A DNA stretch of 63,751 nt, the filler included, from Octopus bimaculoides (taxonomy: Eukaryota), in NCBI RefSeq assembly GCF_001194135.2. It is 6 parts of 5 records of this genome, joined end to end, with 100 filler letters (N's around TTAATTAATTAA, not from the genome) between each part and the next. Parts side by side here need not be neighbours in the genome. Positions count along the whole stretch, not along the records: positions 8,649 to 15,601 come from NC_068997.1; positions 15,702 to 23,255 come from NC_068997.1; positions 23,356 to 55,095 come from NC_068995.1; 3 more parts are not named here. One strand, given 5' to 3'. This document shows positions 11,061 through 24,280 of this stretch, piece after piece. Below the pieces are notes generated by a model, which was not told the DNA's origin, did not search any database, and saw only the letters and a program-made list of their open reading frames with translations. The translations under genes were made by a program, and so were the position numbers. Each line of letters starts with the position of its first letter. The stretch's first letter is position 1.

Positions 11061-13375
11061 CACGGGCTGACCAAAGCGTTGTAGGTGAATTTCGGAGACT
11101 GAAAGTACGTGGAAGTCCATGTATATAGTTATAGTAGAGGAGACTTGCTGGAGGTGCCTTGCAGTGGAACTGAAACCCTTGAAACTTCGTAGTTGCAAAC
11201 GAGATTCTTAATAAATTTGCCATATCTACAAATTTATTAATCTGGGCGGCCAGATTTGATAATGACTGTTCGAGTAAAATCACTTTACATTATTGTCTCA
11301 TTGTAGGTAATGCAATACATGATATAGTTCTGTTATAATTCATTCGGTACAAGAACCAAAAAAAAAAATCACATTTCATTCATCAGTGAATTTATTTGTA
11401 GGGTTAAAATCCCCAATGAAAGCATTTAAATCTGACAAATGAAGACTCGCAATTTAAGTGTCGCTGGGTGCCATTTACTGTCGATGCAGTGAGTATCATA
11501 GTCTCAAGTTGATGGTTTCCCCTCTTTTTCGGTTGTTTATAAAATATAGAATTTAAAAATCAGCACTTACTAACTAACAAAACACAAATGAACTATATAA
11601 GTGCATCTTTCATTTACACCAGTGATTGGTAACCTTCGTATAATTCGTATTTACAAATAGATGAAACCAGTATCGCAAAGCAATATTATATTTCCTTGGA
11701 CAGATGCGACTCTATTTAGGCCAACTGAGTGACAGTTAGTAAATAACAGAAAAAGTCAAATGTCTAACTGTGTGAGAGCAGTTCGTTAATATGGTTAACA
11801 TTTTTGCCCCGGGTATTAACCTCAACTTTAGATACGATAAAAGAAAAAAGAAAAACCACTTTTTCTAATTTTAAATGTGCTAGACTGAAAAATTGTTATT
11901 TTTACTAACAAAAGTTGTTTACAATACTTCTTGAAGAAATACAAATTTAAGATGTTGCTCCATATATCTCATAATAAGTTTGTAAGTCTAAACGCACAGG
12001 AAATCTAGTATTTGCGGATACACATGCGTGCCAGTATACGCATACTGTACCGCTGAATGAAGAGTAAAGTTCAACGTCCTCTATTCGTATTTTTATAGTT
12101 ACATGTTTATGTAAGGATATACTTGAGTATTTAGTTTACACAATTAATTAGACGGATGTGTAGATAATAAGTATCATATCTACTTTTGCAACTGCGTGTA
12201 TATTTACACACGCACACACTTACACACATACATATACAAACAAATATATATCTGTGTGTACGTGTGTGCATATGTATATGCGTGTGAGTGCAGGTGTATT
12301 TATTTTGATGTGGAAACACAAGTAGAAGAGTACCCTTCGCATATAATTTCATGCGTATTAATTTATGCGAAGATAAAGCTTCACTCCGTTGCTACTCCGA
12401 GTTGTCCATTCTGGAAAGTCTTAATTTCGCATAAAAGAACTCTACAGCATGACTTGAGCACACCCATTCAAACACAGAGAACATCTTCAAAGATTTTAAT
12501 ATGTTATATCGCTGTAGATATCAGTTGTTCGAAAACAATGTTCTGCTTCTCATTATTCCATGACATCAAGTCAACGCCATTGTTGATATATTTTCTTTAC
12601 ATTAAGATTTCTAATGATTTTTTGAATCGATTCTTTTCCATGCGTGGCAATATAACGCAAATTTTTAAAATCCATCAAAATGAAGGAAGCAAACATTTGC
12701 TACATTTCCAAAAAATAATATCAGATTTGAAATGATTCACTTTTGGAACGTTCAAACTCGAAGCAAATAAAGCTATAAACTATATAACGTATAAATATTG
12801 AGCTAAAAAAATCCTCTGGATAGAATAACACGAGAGCTGCTTTTGACTTTTTCTATTCGAAAGGTCTTCTAACCCAATATTTACATGCTGTTACATATAG
12901 CTTTATCATGCTTCGAGATCCACTGTTCCTAAAAGAATGATTTCACATTCTCTCACAGAGTGTTTAAATGTCTACAGTAATAATGTTGTCTCCAATAATA
13001 TTGTTGTTTTTCACTTTATGATGATGAACACGATTTGGGTCCTTCAAAAATTATCTAATAGAAAGATTAAATGTTTTATTAATTACCAGTATATCATCAA
13101 AAGTAGAACAGCAAAACAAAATTAATAAACATCTACAGCCAGAAGTAAAACAAACAACTTTCCAGGCTGAAGATAAGCAATGAATTTTAGTAACCCTTTC
13201 AATGCGAAAAATCCCTTACATTTAAAAAGATGCTTTCTCACGACGCCCCAGATTTGGGTTCTGTATATTATTCTATGAGCAGGTTTTATTAACTAAAAAA
13301 TTCGGTTTCCCAATACCATCTTTCAGCCGAAACACACACTCAAACACACACACACACACACACACATATATGCAC

Positions 13376-13527
13376 GCGACGGCTTCTTTCAGTTTCCATT
13401 TACCAAATCCACTCATAAGGCTTTTGTCGACTCGATGCCACAGTGGAAAACACTTGCCCAACTGGGATTGAACTCGGAATCATGATTGTTGGGAAGCAAA
13501 TTCCTTACCACAGAACCACGCTTGCAT
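13376..13527 (-). mobile_element. SINE family A/B, module A
   Basis: Reverse complement of module A (gcgacggcttctttcagtttcc..ccacagaaccacgc). Confidence 0.75.
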
Positions 13528-13610
13528 TTATGTTACTTTGATAAAATTTAGAAAAATAATTTTTAAGAGATGTTTCTGATCATTCTTTTTCCCCGACCCG
13601 GGAATTAATA

Positions 13611-13704
13611 AATACATACATACATACATACATACATACATACATACATACATACATACATACATACGTACATACATACATACATACATACAAACATACA
13701 TACA

Positions 13705-13733
<29 letters not shown>
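13611..13733. repeat. (TACA)n microsatellite
   Basis: Direct reading. Confidence 0.95.
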
Positions 13734-13735
<2 letters not shown>

Positions 13736-13736
13736 C

Positions 13737-14203
13737 CCACTAAAGATTAGAGAAAAAGAGAACAACTACGCCGAGCTACTGAGAAATTTACAGATACTCC
13801 ACCCAGACTACAAGTTCAGATTCATACCCGTGATTGTTGGGGCATTGGGATATGTAACGAACTGCCTCAACAAAAACCTGGAAAAATTAGGGTTCTCAAA
13901 ACCTGAAAGAAAAAGGCTGATTAGAAGACTACAGATTCAAGCCATCAATGGAACTGTAAAGATATATAAAACTTTCCAAAAATTTAGCACATAAATACAT
14001 ATGCATGCATCTAGACATAAAAACGCATCCATAAAACAAACATACAAATCTGCGCATACACTAACACCAAATACTGCACACACACACATATGCACAAATA
14101 CCTAGATGATGTTGATAAAAGTTCCAATGAAGGAGCCTTGAATCTATGTTAGAGTCCGGCTCTTTCTCTATGGACAAGAAATACAGAAATGAAACTGATT
14201 GAT
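13737..14203 (+). mobile_element. 5'-truncated REL-type non-LTR element: open C-terminal frame plus 3'UTR
   Basis: Frame 13737-13994 PLKIREKENNYAELLRNLQILHPDYKFRFIPVIVGALG...KTFQKFST*; (TACA)n on both sides. Confidence 0.75.
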
Positions 14204-15154
14204 AACATACATACATACATACATACATTATGCGTGTGTGTGTGTGTATGTGTGTGTGCCTATATAGGTATGTATGCCTGTATATAACTTTGCTTGTATA
14301 AAGTCTATAATGTACAAAATATAAACATGAGCTTTTACATACATTCGGGGATTCCACTACTGTAAAGTAAACGGTTAACACATGTTTAGAGGCTTGAGAA
14401 AATGGCAGTAAATTAACTGGTAATGACGTGAGGAAATCTCATAATTTTATGTGAAATCTGATTATTTCACGTGTAATCTGATAACCAATCTATAGAACAT
14501 GAAAACCGTACGTTTATTTTACATAAGATGAAAACAATCAAATTTACGGGCATACTAAAAGATTTTTCCTGCACGAAATGTGGTTCGCAAATCGTTCTTA
14601 ACCTTTAAATCTGTTTCGCCAAATATTCCCATGAAGATATGATGTAAATAAAGCCACGAATTGCTTTCGCAGCAGTGTTCGTTCCTAGGTATAGCACACC
14701 GGGACGACCTAGCTTAGATGCTTCTTCTGAAATACTTAACATATCATTACAAGGTATACAAGTATTTGCCTATGGGCGCGGTGTAATGGGGAACTCTTGT
14801 TACAGAAAGGGGTTTCACTATTTCTCTTTATATCAGTATGAGGTGTCAGTATCGACACTTCCATCTTTCTAAATCGTTAAACAGCTTGTTTACTGTGTAA
14901 AAAAACTACCAGTGATTAACTAGGAGTAATTAAACTAAATAAATTACCGTTTTATAGTATACTTTACAGACAATAAAACACTATACTTTAAAATTTTCAT
15001 CATTCCTATGTTGTCTCTGTGTAACAGTTAATCGACGACAAGAGAGGTAGTGATATATATATATCGGCCATCACGGTCGATCTTGCCAAGCGGGTTCGCA
15101 CTATGGGTTCAACGGAGTGTTAGGTAAAAGCTCGATTACGTAACCCTGCGCTCT

Positions 15155-15400
15155 TCAGAGGAGGCAGTTATGAAATGGAATATGACAACTGCTCTCTATA
15201 GTCGGAGGTGACAGATACGTCCGTGTTAAATTAAGAGTTATGTCCTTTGGTATCAAAAACACCATCAGTCGGCAAGGGTCTTTTGGAAAAGAGTTTATAG
15301 GACATGGGTGTATCTTTAAGGTGGGTGCTAATGAGTGCAGTGGTACTATATGTATAGCGTTTGCAGGACGGGGGACATACACATCTGTGTTCGCCAGTGT
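15155..15400 (-). pseudogene. Possible degenerate LINE APE-endonuclease remnant
   Basis: LMVFLIPKDI..TYLSPP weakly recalls APE motifs; no catalytic motif confirmed. Confidence 0.2.
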
Positions 15401-15526
15401 GTTTTCTTTCTTTCATGTTTTGGTTAAATTCTTGTCGCGTTTATGTAAGCATGTCGTGTGTGCAGGAGGATAATATATGTGGGGGCTTATATTGGAGGTA
15501 GCGGAAAATGGTCTCAGTCTCTCTCG

Positions 15527-15601
<75 letters not shown>

Positions 15602-15645
15602 NNNNNNNNNNNNNNNNNNNNNNNNNNNNNNNNNNNNNNNNNNNN

Positions 15646-15657
15646 TTAATTAATTAA
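15646..15657. other. Artificial scaffold linker
   Basis: 44N-TTAATTAATTAA-44N. Confidence 0.95.
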
Positions 15658-15701
15658 NNNNNNNNNNNNNNNNNNNNNNNNNNNNNNNNNNNNNNNNNNN
15701 N

Positions 15702-15763
<62 letters not shown>

Positions 15764-16458
15764 AAACAAGGCAGAGAGAAAGGGTGAGAAGGATAGTGGG
15801 AGTTCGGGATATAAATTAATTGAATTTAACTTGGTATGTCAGCTCTAGATGCATTCGGATGTGTGCAGTGGTGTGTGTATTACACGAGTTAACGATATCC
15901 AAATATATTGCATAGAATCGCAGCATATATAAATAACAGTAGAAATAGGTCTTGGTAGTATTCTTCGATATCTTCCAACGAATCAGGATGCCCCTCGTCG
16001 TCCAACGGAACCGCATAAACAACAAGACGGACAAGAACAGTAATTAATCTTCGCCTCCCATCTTAACCCGCACGTTTTTTTGGTTGGATGCTCTAAGCCA
16101 GGCCTTGTTTCTCATCTTGTCTTACAAGTTCGTCTTGTCACAACCGACAGCAGGGACATTTTCCAGCGCCATCTGGTCCTATAAGCTCTGCTTGATGCAA
16201 ACCGCTAACTAACTGACTAACAAACAAATTCGGAATAATTTTAAGTAAATTTCTGATGGTGGTGTGCTCAAGATAGAGGGAGAAAAATGGATATTAGGAC
16301 GAGGGAGTGGACGGAAACTCTGTTCTCCGTCTCCGATTTGGTTTTATAGTATCTTACTATTATATTTTTATAAGTTAATTTGGTGAATTATGTAGCTTAT
16401 TAGACAAGTTTCCACTCATAACCAAGAGCCTATGTCTATGTGGGAGAGTGAGTGAAGG

Positions 16459-16493
<35 letters not shown>

Positions 16494-16669
16494 GGTACAC
16501 ACGTACATACATATGTATATAACGCAGTATATATATATATATATGCATGTATGTATATGCGTGCATAATGGCATGGAAATACCATTAAAGTGACCTCTTC
16601 GTGTGAGTGTGAGTGTGTGTGCTTGCGTATTGTGTATGTATATAAACAAAATATATTTACATAATTACA

Positions 16670-16706
<37 letters not shown>

Positions 16707-16834
16707 TATATACATATGTGTGTGTCTTTATCTGTAGATATGTAATATCGATACATATGTGTGTGTTTGTATGAAAGTGTGTACTAGAAGTATTTACTTT
16801 ATATTTTTTAAATACTAAATATATTTACTTTATC

Positions 16835-17030
16835 ATTTTGACACAAAGCCAGCAATTTTGGGGGTTGGGTTAAATCGTTTACATTGACCCTAGTACTCAA
16901 ATAGTACATATTGTATCTTCCCGAAGTATGAAATGCAAAGTTGACCTCGGCGGAATTTGAACCCAAATTACAAAGAGAAACGAAACGCTGCTATGCATTC
17001 TGTCCGGCGTGTTAACGATTCCTGCCGCCT
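16835..17030 (-). mobile_element. SINE family C
   Basis: Reverse complement of the 29311-29540 type. Confidence 0.8.
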
Positions 17031-17355
17031 AGAATATATTTACAATATTCTTTTTTTACTCTAGGCACAAGGCCCGAAATTTTGGGGGAAATGGCCAGTC
17101 GATTAGACCGACCCCAGTACGCAACTGGTACTTAATTTATCGACCCCGAAAGGAAGCTAACGTTTCTGCCAGCTCACCGCCTTGAGAATGTATTTACTAT
17201 ATTCTTTTCAACTCTGGGCGCCAGGCCCTAAAATTTGGGTGGGGAGTGCAGTCGATTAGATCGACCCCAGTACGCAACTGGTACTTAATTAATCCACCCT
17301 GAAAGGATGCTAGCGTTTCTGCCAGCTCGCCGCCTTGAGAATGTATTTACTATAA
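17031..17355 (-). repeat. Two tandem 153-154 bp units of internally deleted SINE C
   Basis: Spacer agaat(a/g)tatttac recurs at 17031, 17185 and 17338; both units share the same deletion. Confidence 0.85.
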
Positions 17356-17841
17356 TCTTTTCTACTAACGAACAATTTTATAGAGAGAATAGGCTTTCTA
17401 TACAAAAATCAAATCGCTGATATTTTTTTTAAAAAATAACATTTTATAAGATATCTTTAATAGGACAATTTTCAATATAAGTTTTTAATGTACATTGGAA
17501 TAATCCAAAATTTGAATATATAAACACTTGATCAATGATCAGACTTACTTTATTCTGTTGATCTGTTTTTCTCTCTCTCTACCTCTTTCTCTTTCTCTCC
17601 TTCCCTCTCTCTTCTCCTCTCTCCTTCTATCTCCCTCTCTCATTTCTTTAACACATTTACATTCAACACCTTCTGAATGAACATGTACAGAGAACAGTGC
17701 CATTCAGGTTAGTAAGTAAAACTCCCACAGACATTTAACACGCATGCGCATACAAATTTCATAATTCATTCAAGAATATATATACGCTTGCACTGAACTG
17801 ATTTCACCCACAGCTCACACATAAGACAAAGTGATACGCAC

Positions 17842-17928
<87 letters not shown>

Positions 17929-18544
17929 ACCACTTCAAAATATAAATAGATCCATTGGTTATTGGATACAATTTTTAAAGTTAGTTAAATATAATATATC
18001 TTAAAGAATTTTACAAATGGGAATGTTATTTCTATATTATATAGAAAATTCTATACATAAAAATGAGACTATCTGTAGAATTCATTGTACATTAAGAATT
18101 GCTTTATATTTAATACGATTTTATAATTAAAGCTATTGCACAAAATTATATATTCAAAACAGTATTGTATGAAATGTCGTTTCGACTTTTCAGTCAACAT
18201 CGCTTGCCGTCAAAGGATTGTTCGATAAAAAGACGTTTAACTAACAATATAAACAAATTCATTGATTATCTTAGAAATTTTAAAGCTGGATAAATGTCTT
18301 TCAGAATCAATTTTCAAATGGAAATTCTATTTTTATGTTATATTATACAGAAATATTTGGCGATGAACTGGAGCAATTGTTAAAGCTGCGGAAAAAAAAA
18401 ATGTTTTGCAGTATGCCGAGTCGAAATCCTGCAGAAGTCTATACCTCTAGCTATGGAAGAACGAAAGGAAAGACCACCTTGAAGGCTTTTAGCCGAATAA
18501 TTGACACAAGCACAATTTTTCTTTCTTTTTTAAGTATAGTACTT

Positions 18545-18667
18545 ATTCAGTCGGTCTTTTTTTTTTTTTTTCATAAATGACTAAGTTACGGGGACGTGAA
18601 CAAACCAACACCAGTTTTCAAACGGTGGGGATGGGAACAAACATAAACACAAAGATACCTACACCTA
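18545..18667 (-). mobile_element. SINE A/B module B, partial
   Basis: ctaagttacggggacgtgaacaaaccaacacc; ends at a gap. Confidence 0.7.
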
Positions 18668-18861
18668 NNNNNNNNNNNNNNNNNNNNNNNNNNNNNNNNN
18701 NNNNNNNNNNNNNNNNNNNNNNNNNNNNNNNNNNNNNNNNNNNNNNNNNNNNNNNNNNNNNNNNNNNNNNNNNNNNNNNNNNNNNNNNNNNNNNNNNNNN
18801 NNNNNNNNNNNNNNNNNNNNNNNNNNNNNNATATATATACATATATATATACGTATATACA

Positions 18862-19028
18862 TAGGCACTGGTATGGTTGTGCGGTAAGAAGCTTGCGCTT
18901 CTCAACCACATGGTTGCGGGTTCAGTCCCACTGCGGTGGTACCTTGGGCAAGTGTCTTCCACTATACCCACGGGCCGACCAAACACATCTTAGTGAATTT
19001 GGTAGATGGAAACTGGAAGAAGCTCGTC

Positions 19029-19030
<2 letters not shown>
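18862..19030 (+). mobile_element. SINE A/B module A
   Basis: tRNA-like head to gaagctcgtcgt, then (TA)n. Confidence 0.85.
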
Positions 19031-19065
<35 letters not shown>

Positions 19066-19204
19066 AGTGAAAAATGTATAATAAATGTTCAATCGAAGAA
19101 ATGTACAATGAATGCACAGACGAACGGAGAAACGTATACTGAGTGCACAAACGGACACAAAACAAAAACAGAAAGTCCCTAATTCTTCATCAGTTACCAA
19201 CCAG

Positions 19205-19325
19205 ATTGACTTTGGTCGGCCCGAGTCTACAGTAGAAGACACTTGGTCAAGATGCGATGCGTTAGGACTGAACCCAGAACTATGTGATTGGGAAGAAACT
19301 TCTTACCACACAGCTAGCTTGCACC
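19205..19325 (-). mobile_element. SINE A/B module A, partial
   Basis: tttggtcggcccgagtctacagtagaagacacttgg..cttaccacacagc. Confidence 0.7.
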
Positions 19326-20085
19326 TCTCTAGACATTTTCTTTCTCCCCAGACTAACTATTAATAAATGTTAATTATCTGTCCTTGAGCGACGTTCGGAG
19401 ATACAGAAACCAAGTGATGTGAACCAAGAAAATCTGTCAACTAATTTAATAACGTCACCTGTTACATGGGGGCCTTAATCGGAGTTCAATCCCTTTAGGA
19501 TATCTTTTTCGTTCCCTTCCTCCAATCACGGAGGCACTTTAAAGGATCATGGATACTGCTTTCTCTTCTAACCAACAGATAAAACGGGGACTGACGAAAC
19601 CAACCCATTGTATTTTTATCTGTTTATCTGATTATTAGTGAGTACTGATCTTCAAAACTGGAAGATGTGTGGTAACAAGAGAAAGGGATCAAGTTTCCAA
19701 TAATCTGGGTTTGTAATCCATGTTTTATCACCAGTATGAAATATTTCTCTTCAGTTATCTCCCCTACTCAGTATTTCAAAACATAAGTCATATCCTGGAG
19801 AGAGTGAAAGAGAGATTGAGAGATACCAACAAGTTTATTTGTCTTTCGTTTATCACATGCATGAACCAACCAAAGTTTTCAGTATTTATGGAGTAAGGAA
19901 AACTGGATGGTATTAACATGGCTTCTACTCAGTTTAAATTGCTTAGAATAAGTGGTTGCAATAGAGAAAAAATTCTACAAAACCAAAACAAAACAAAACC
20001 CGCGAGCAGGGAGAGAATTTCCAAGACAATGTAATAGACTAAGTGTTTATGTATGGCTGGGTGGCTGTGAGACACCGAGGGTGAA

Positions 20086-20144
<59 letters not shown>

Positions 20145-20599
20145 CGAAGAGACAGGTGGCATCGAGTAGGTTTAAGTGGGGTGTATTCGGCACTTAGCAA
20201 GTTCAAAGGGACAGAAACGGTTTTATTACAACCAGTTCCCCTAGCCTAACTAGGAATACAAAGGTAAATCGCAGCAATAAAAAAAATCATTCTTTATAAA
20301 ATGTATGTGTGTGCATGCGTGCGTGCATGTGTAACACACACACACACACACATACACACACATACACACACACACACGTATATACTTATATATAGAAACA
20401 TATATACACATATATATATATACATACTTATGTATCTTAAAACACAACACACCACCGCACCACACACCGCCATACCACACCACACCACATCACACCACCC
20501 CGCACACACTAGCACTGATCACTTCCCAGCACCCACACCATCATCCAGACACCTACACATGCACACACGCACACGTCAAGGTCACCAGCCCCTATCCGC

Positions 20600-20905
20600 A
20601 CGTACATACACGGTCTCGCATACACACGCACGCGCACCTTTGTTTTGGGATTACCACTACATTTTTTATCTCTCCTTCTTCCTAGCTCTCCTGTCTGACC
20701 ACCTTTGTCTGGCATTCGCCATGATTGATTGCTAGCCACTAAACTTTTTTTCTCTCTCTCTGCTAATTTCTGTGTTCCTTTCTGATGAAGAGCGTAGGCT
20801 CGAAACGTAAAAGACTTTCTCACTTCCCGAGCGTTAAACTAATGCATCTGTTTGTTGTTTACACATGTCTTTATCTTTAGTTTTGTTTTTACAAATTCCA
20901 ACTAT
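20600..20905 (+). mobile_element. Penelope-like terminal-repeat fragment containing a hammerhead motif
   Basis: Carries the ctgatga..cgaaacg signature and ends at (TA)n and a gap; PLE assignment inferred from the minimal hammerhead architecture. Confidence 0.5.
20778..20813 (+). ncRNA. Minimal type I hammerhead ribozyme motif
   Basis: cttt-CUGAUGA-a-GAGC(gtag)GCUC-GAAA-CG-U-A-aaag: 4-bp stem I, 4-bp stem II, ACGU palindromic stem III, GUA triplet, predicted cut after 20809. Confidence 0.75.
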
Positions 20906-21530
20906 ATATATNNNNNNNNNNNNNNNNNNNNNNNNNNNNNNNNNNNNNNNNNNNNNNNNNNNNNNNNNNNNNNNNNNNNNNNNNNNNNNNNNNNNNNNNN
21001 NNNNNNNNNNNNNNNNNNNNNNNNNNNNNNNNNNNNNNNNNNNNNNNNNNNNNNNNNNNNNNNNNNNNNNNNNNNNNNNNNNNNNNNNNNNNNNNNNNNN
21101 NNNNNNNNNNNNNNNNNNNNNNNNNNNNNNNNNNNNNNNNNNNNNNNNNNNNNNNNNNNNNNNNNNNNNNNNNNNNNNNNNNNNNNNNNNNNNNNNNNNN
21201 NNNNNNNNNNNNNNNNNNNNNNNNNNNNNNNNNNNNNNNNNNNNNNNNNNNNNNNNNNNNNNNNNNNNNNNNNNNNNNNNNNNNNNNNNNNNNNNNNNNN
21301 NNNNNNNNNNNNNNNNNNNNNNNNNNNNNNNNNNNNNNNNNNNNNNNNNNNNNNNNNNNNNNNNNNNNNNNNNNNNNNNNNNNNNNNNNNNNNNNNNNNN
21401 NNNNNNNNNNNNNNNNNNNNNNNNNNNNNNNNNNNNNNNNNNNNNNNNNNNNNNNNNNNNNNNNNNNNNNNNNNNNNNNNNNNNNNNNNNNNNNNNNNNN
21501 NNNNNNNNNNNNNNNNNNNNNNNNNNNNNN

Positions 21531-21574
<44 letters not shown>

Positions 21575-22104
21575 TTTCCTTCTGTAAACATAGGTAATAT
21601 TTTAGTTTGAGAGATATTTGGTTGCTCTTTCTTGTTGGTCGGGATTTCATTCACAAAACACACAGGTTTTTATGTTTGAAAGCATTCAATATTGGAGGTG
21701 GATCTCCGTTGTTCAACCACGAAGATTCACTTGTTCCTTCAACTTAATAATTTGCTCTTATATAAACATATGAGTGGCTGAGTATTCCATACTTTTAACA
21801 TAATTCTCAGAAAACACAGTATGTGATAAGGGTGCACTCGACTGGCTTCTATATAGTTTCCACTTAACCCAATTTACATTATAAAGTATGTTTCACCACG
21901 ACTATGACCGAATAGTTAAGAAGTTTGTTTCACGACCACGAGGTCTCGGGGTCGATACCAGTGCGTGGCTTTTGGCTGAAATAATTTTTATTTAAAAATT
22001 AAGTTATAAAAATCTTTCTCCAACTAATCCATGGTTCCATCTATGTACACTATGATCTTCAAAAAATGATATATTGGATTATATAGTTCAAAATACACTG
22101 TCTC

Positions 22105-22190
22105 GAAAATGACAAAATGGTCATAGCTGGAATGACTTCGGATACAGGTCTGTTTGAACAAGGCCTTATTGGACGAAACATCAAAAATCG
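22105..22190 (+). mobile_element. Family D 3' end followed by a (CAA)-type tail
   Basis: atggtcatagctggaatgac..aggtctgtttgaacaaggcc resembles 62885-62952 and 63240-63330. Confidence 0.5.
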
Positions 22191-22933
22191 AGCATTGACT
22201 GTTTTCTCTATTGCTTGCAGCAGAAACAACAAAAACGACAACGACAGTAGCAGAAATAGGACAGCAACAACAACAGCAATAACAATAAAAAAAGCAACAA
22301 TAACAAAGATAGAAACAGTAACAGAAACATCTACAACAACATAAACAAAAACCATAACGAAAAATCAACAAGGACGACAACAACGAAAACAAGAACAACG
22401 ATGACAACAATAACAACACCTGGAAGACCTACAACAACAACAGCAGCAGCAGCAGCAGCAACAACAACTGACTATAATAAGAAGCAACAGCATGAACAGA
22501 GGCTACAATAGCGCAAGAAAAAAAACCCTCCTACAGCATAAACAAGAACAACAGCTGACATAACAGCAAGAAATAACAGCCAGGACAAAAGCAATAACAA
22601 CAAGAATAATAACGGCAACGCCAAAAAAAAAAACAACAACAACAATCACATCAGTAATAACAGCAACATAAACAGACATATATCTTGGTAAACTTGGGGC
22701 AAATAAGAGCGAAATAAAACGAAATACAAAAACAAAACAAAACAAAAGAAAATGCAAACAAAAACAAAACCACGGGAATGTTTACAAAGTCATCTTGAAA
22801 TTTATAGCAGAGAACTGTAAATTTTATTACTTTCAATTAAAACCATGTAAATAACCTACGCTTTATGGCACATTCATTCACCAACAGCCAACGTTTTGTT
22901 TCGTCTTTTTTTCTTTTTCTGTCTCTCAAATAA

Positions 22934-22967
<34 letters not shown>

Positions 22968-23215
22968 CCGCTAACTCACGTTTGCTAATCAATTCTCTCT
23001 GCACACCGTTTCCAATTAACAATTCCTCCATCTTCTTTCACGTAGAATGTTTATCAAGCAATACGTCTTCTGTCTCTAAACACTATCCACAGTCTCGGTT
23101 GAAATTAAATGGGGATCCTCTTTCTCTGTCTTCCTTTCTTTCTCATATGTATTAATATACATGTGTGCGTGTGTGCATTCGTCTGTGTGTGTGCGTGAGC
23201 ACGCGTGTGAGTGTC

Positions 23216-23255
<40 letters not shown>

Positions 23256-23299
23256 NNNNNNNNNNNNNNNNNNNNNNNNNNNNNNNNNNNNNNNNNNNN

Positions 23300-23311
23300 T
23301 TAATTAATTAA
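23300..23311. other. Artificial scaffold linker
   Basis: 44N-TTAATTAATTAA-44N. Confidence 0.95.
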
Positions 23312-23355
23312 NNNNNNNNNNNNNNNNNNNNNNNNNNNNNNNNNNNNNNNNNNNN

Positions 23356-23556
23356 GTAAGTCTAGTAGTTATTCTATCGGGTTCTTTTGCCGAACCGCTA
23401 AGTTACGGGGACGTAAACACACCAGCATCGGTTGTCAAGCGATGTTGGGGGGGGGGACAAACACAGACACACAAACACACACATGCACATACATATACAT
23501 ATATACGACGGGCTTCTTTCAGTTTCCGTCTACCAAATCCACTCACAAGGCCGACC
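23356..23556 (-). mobile_element. SINE A/B: module B, linker and 3' half of module A
   Basis: gccgaaccgctaagttacggggacgtaaacacacc..(CA)n..acgacgggcttctttcagtttccgtctacc. Confidence 0.85.
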
Positions 23557-23563
23557 AAAGCCA

Positions 23564-23810
23564 TGTGGAGGCTCGTGGCTTAGTGGTTAGGGTGTTGGAC
23601 TCATGGTCGTAAGATTGTGGTTTCGATTCCTGGACCGGGCGATGCGTTGTGTTCTTCAGCAAAACACTTCATTTCACATTGCTTCAGTCTACTCAGCTGG
23701 CAAAATGAGTAATCCTGTGAAGGACCGGAGTCCCATCCAGGTTGCGAATATACACGCCATGGAAACCGGGAAACCAGCCCTTATTTGTGGGCATGACTCA
23801 AGGAGGTAAC
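23564..23810 (+). mobile_element. tRNA-headed SINE family F (CORE-like centre)
   Basis: gtggcttagtggttaggg (A box), gtttcgattcc (B box), tgtgttcttcagcaaaacactt..cagctggcaaaatgagt. Confidence 0.75.
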
Positions 23811-24072
23811 TTTCATTTTTTTCTTCCTCCTAGCTATAAAACCAAATGTTTTCACGCTTTCACGCCTTCACACGAATAACAAATAGCAAACCCGATTTGA
23901 ATATGTATTTTTCACTTTTGTATGTTGCTGTTAAAAATATGATACACCTACCCTCGTTTATCACGGAATGTTTGGCCAAAAACATTCTCCATCGTTTTAA
24001 ACGAATCAGTAATAAGCACACTATAAAGCGGGTTTCATTCCGAGATCTGAAGTTGTCCTGAACATTGGCGAT

Positions 24073-24280
24073 CAGAGGTTCTCAAACATTTTGTTTTAGT
24101 TATGGACCCCTCTGCTTACTATTTTATTCGTGAAGACTCTCACAGCCATTCTTCTTGCAATAAATACATTCAAATAAAAACTTTTCAGGGGCCCTTAAAA
24201 GACTACTGTGGATCCCCAATTTACTTAAAAACCATCTATGGATTCCCAAGGGTCATATAGACTCCGGTCGAGAACCACTG
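24073..24280. mobile_element. hAT/Charlie-type MITE (208 bp)
   Basis: Termini cagaggttctcaaac / gtcgagaaccactg form imperfect TIRs; partial second copy at 41785-41850; no clean 8-bp TSD. Confidence 0.65.

Noticed and set aside
15231-15416. HTGE..C..C reading suggesting a C2H2 zinc finger
   Set aside because: Cys/His spacing wrong, single unit, no array
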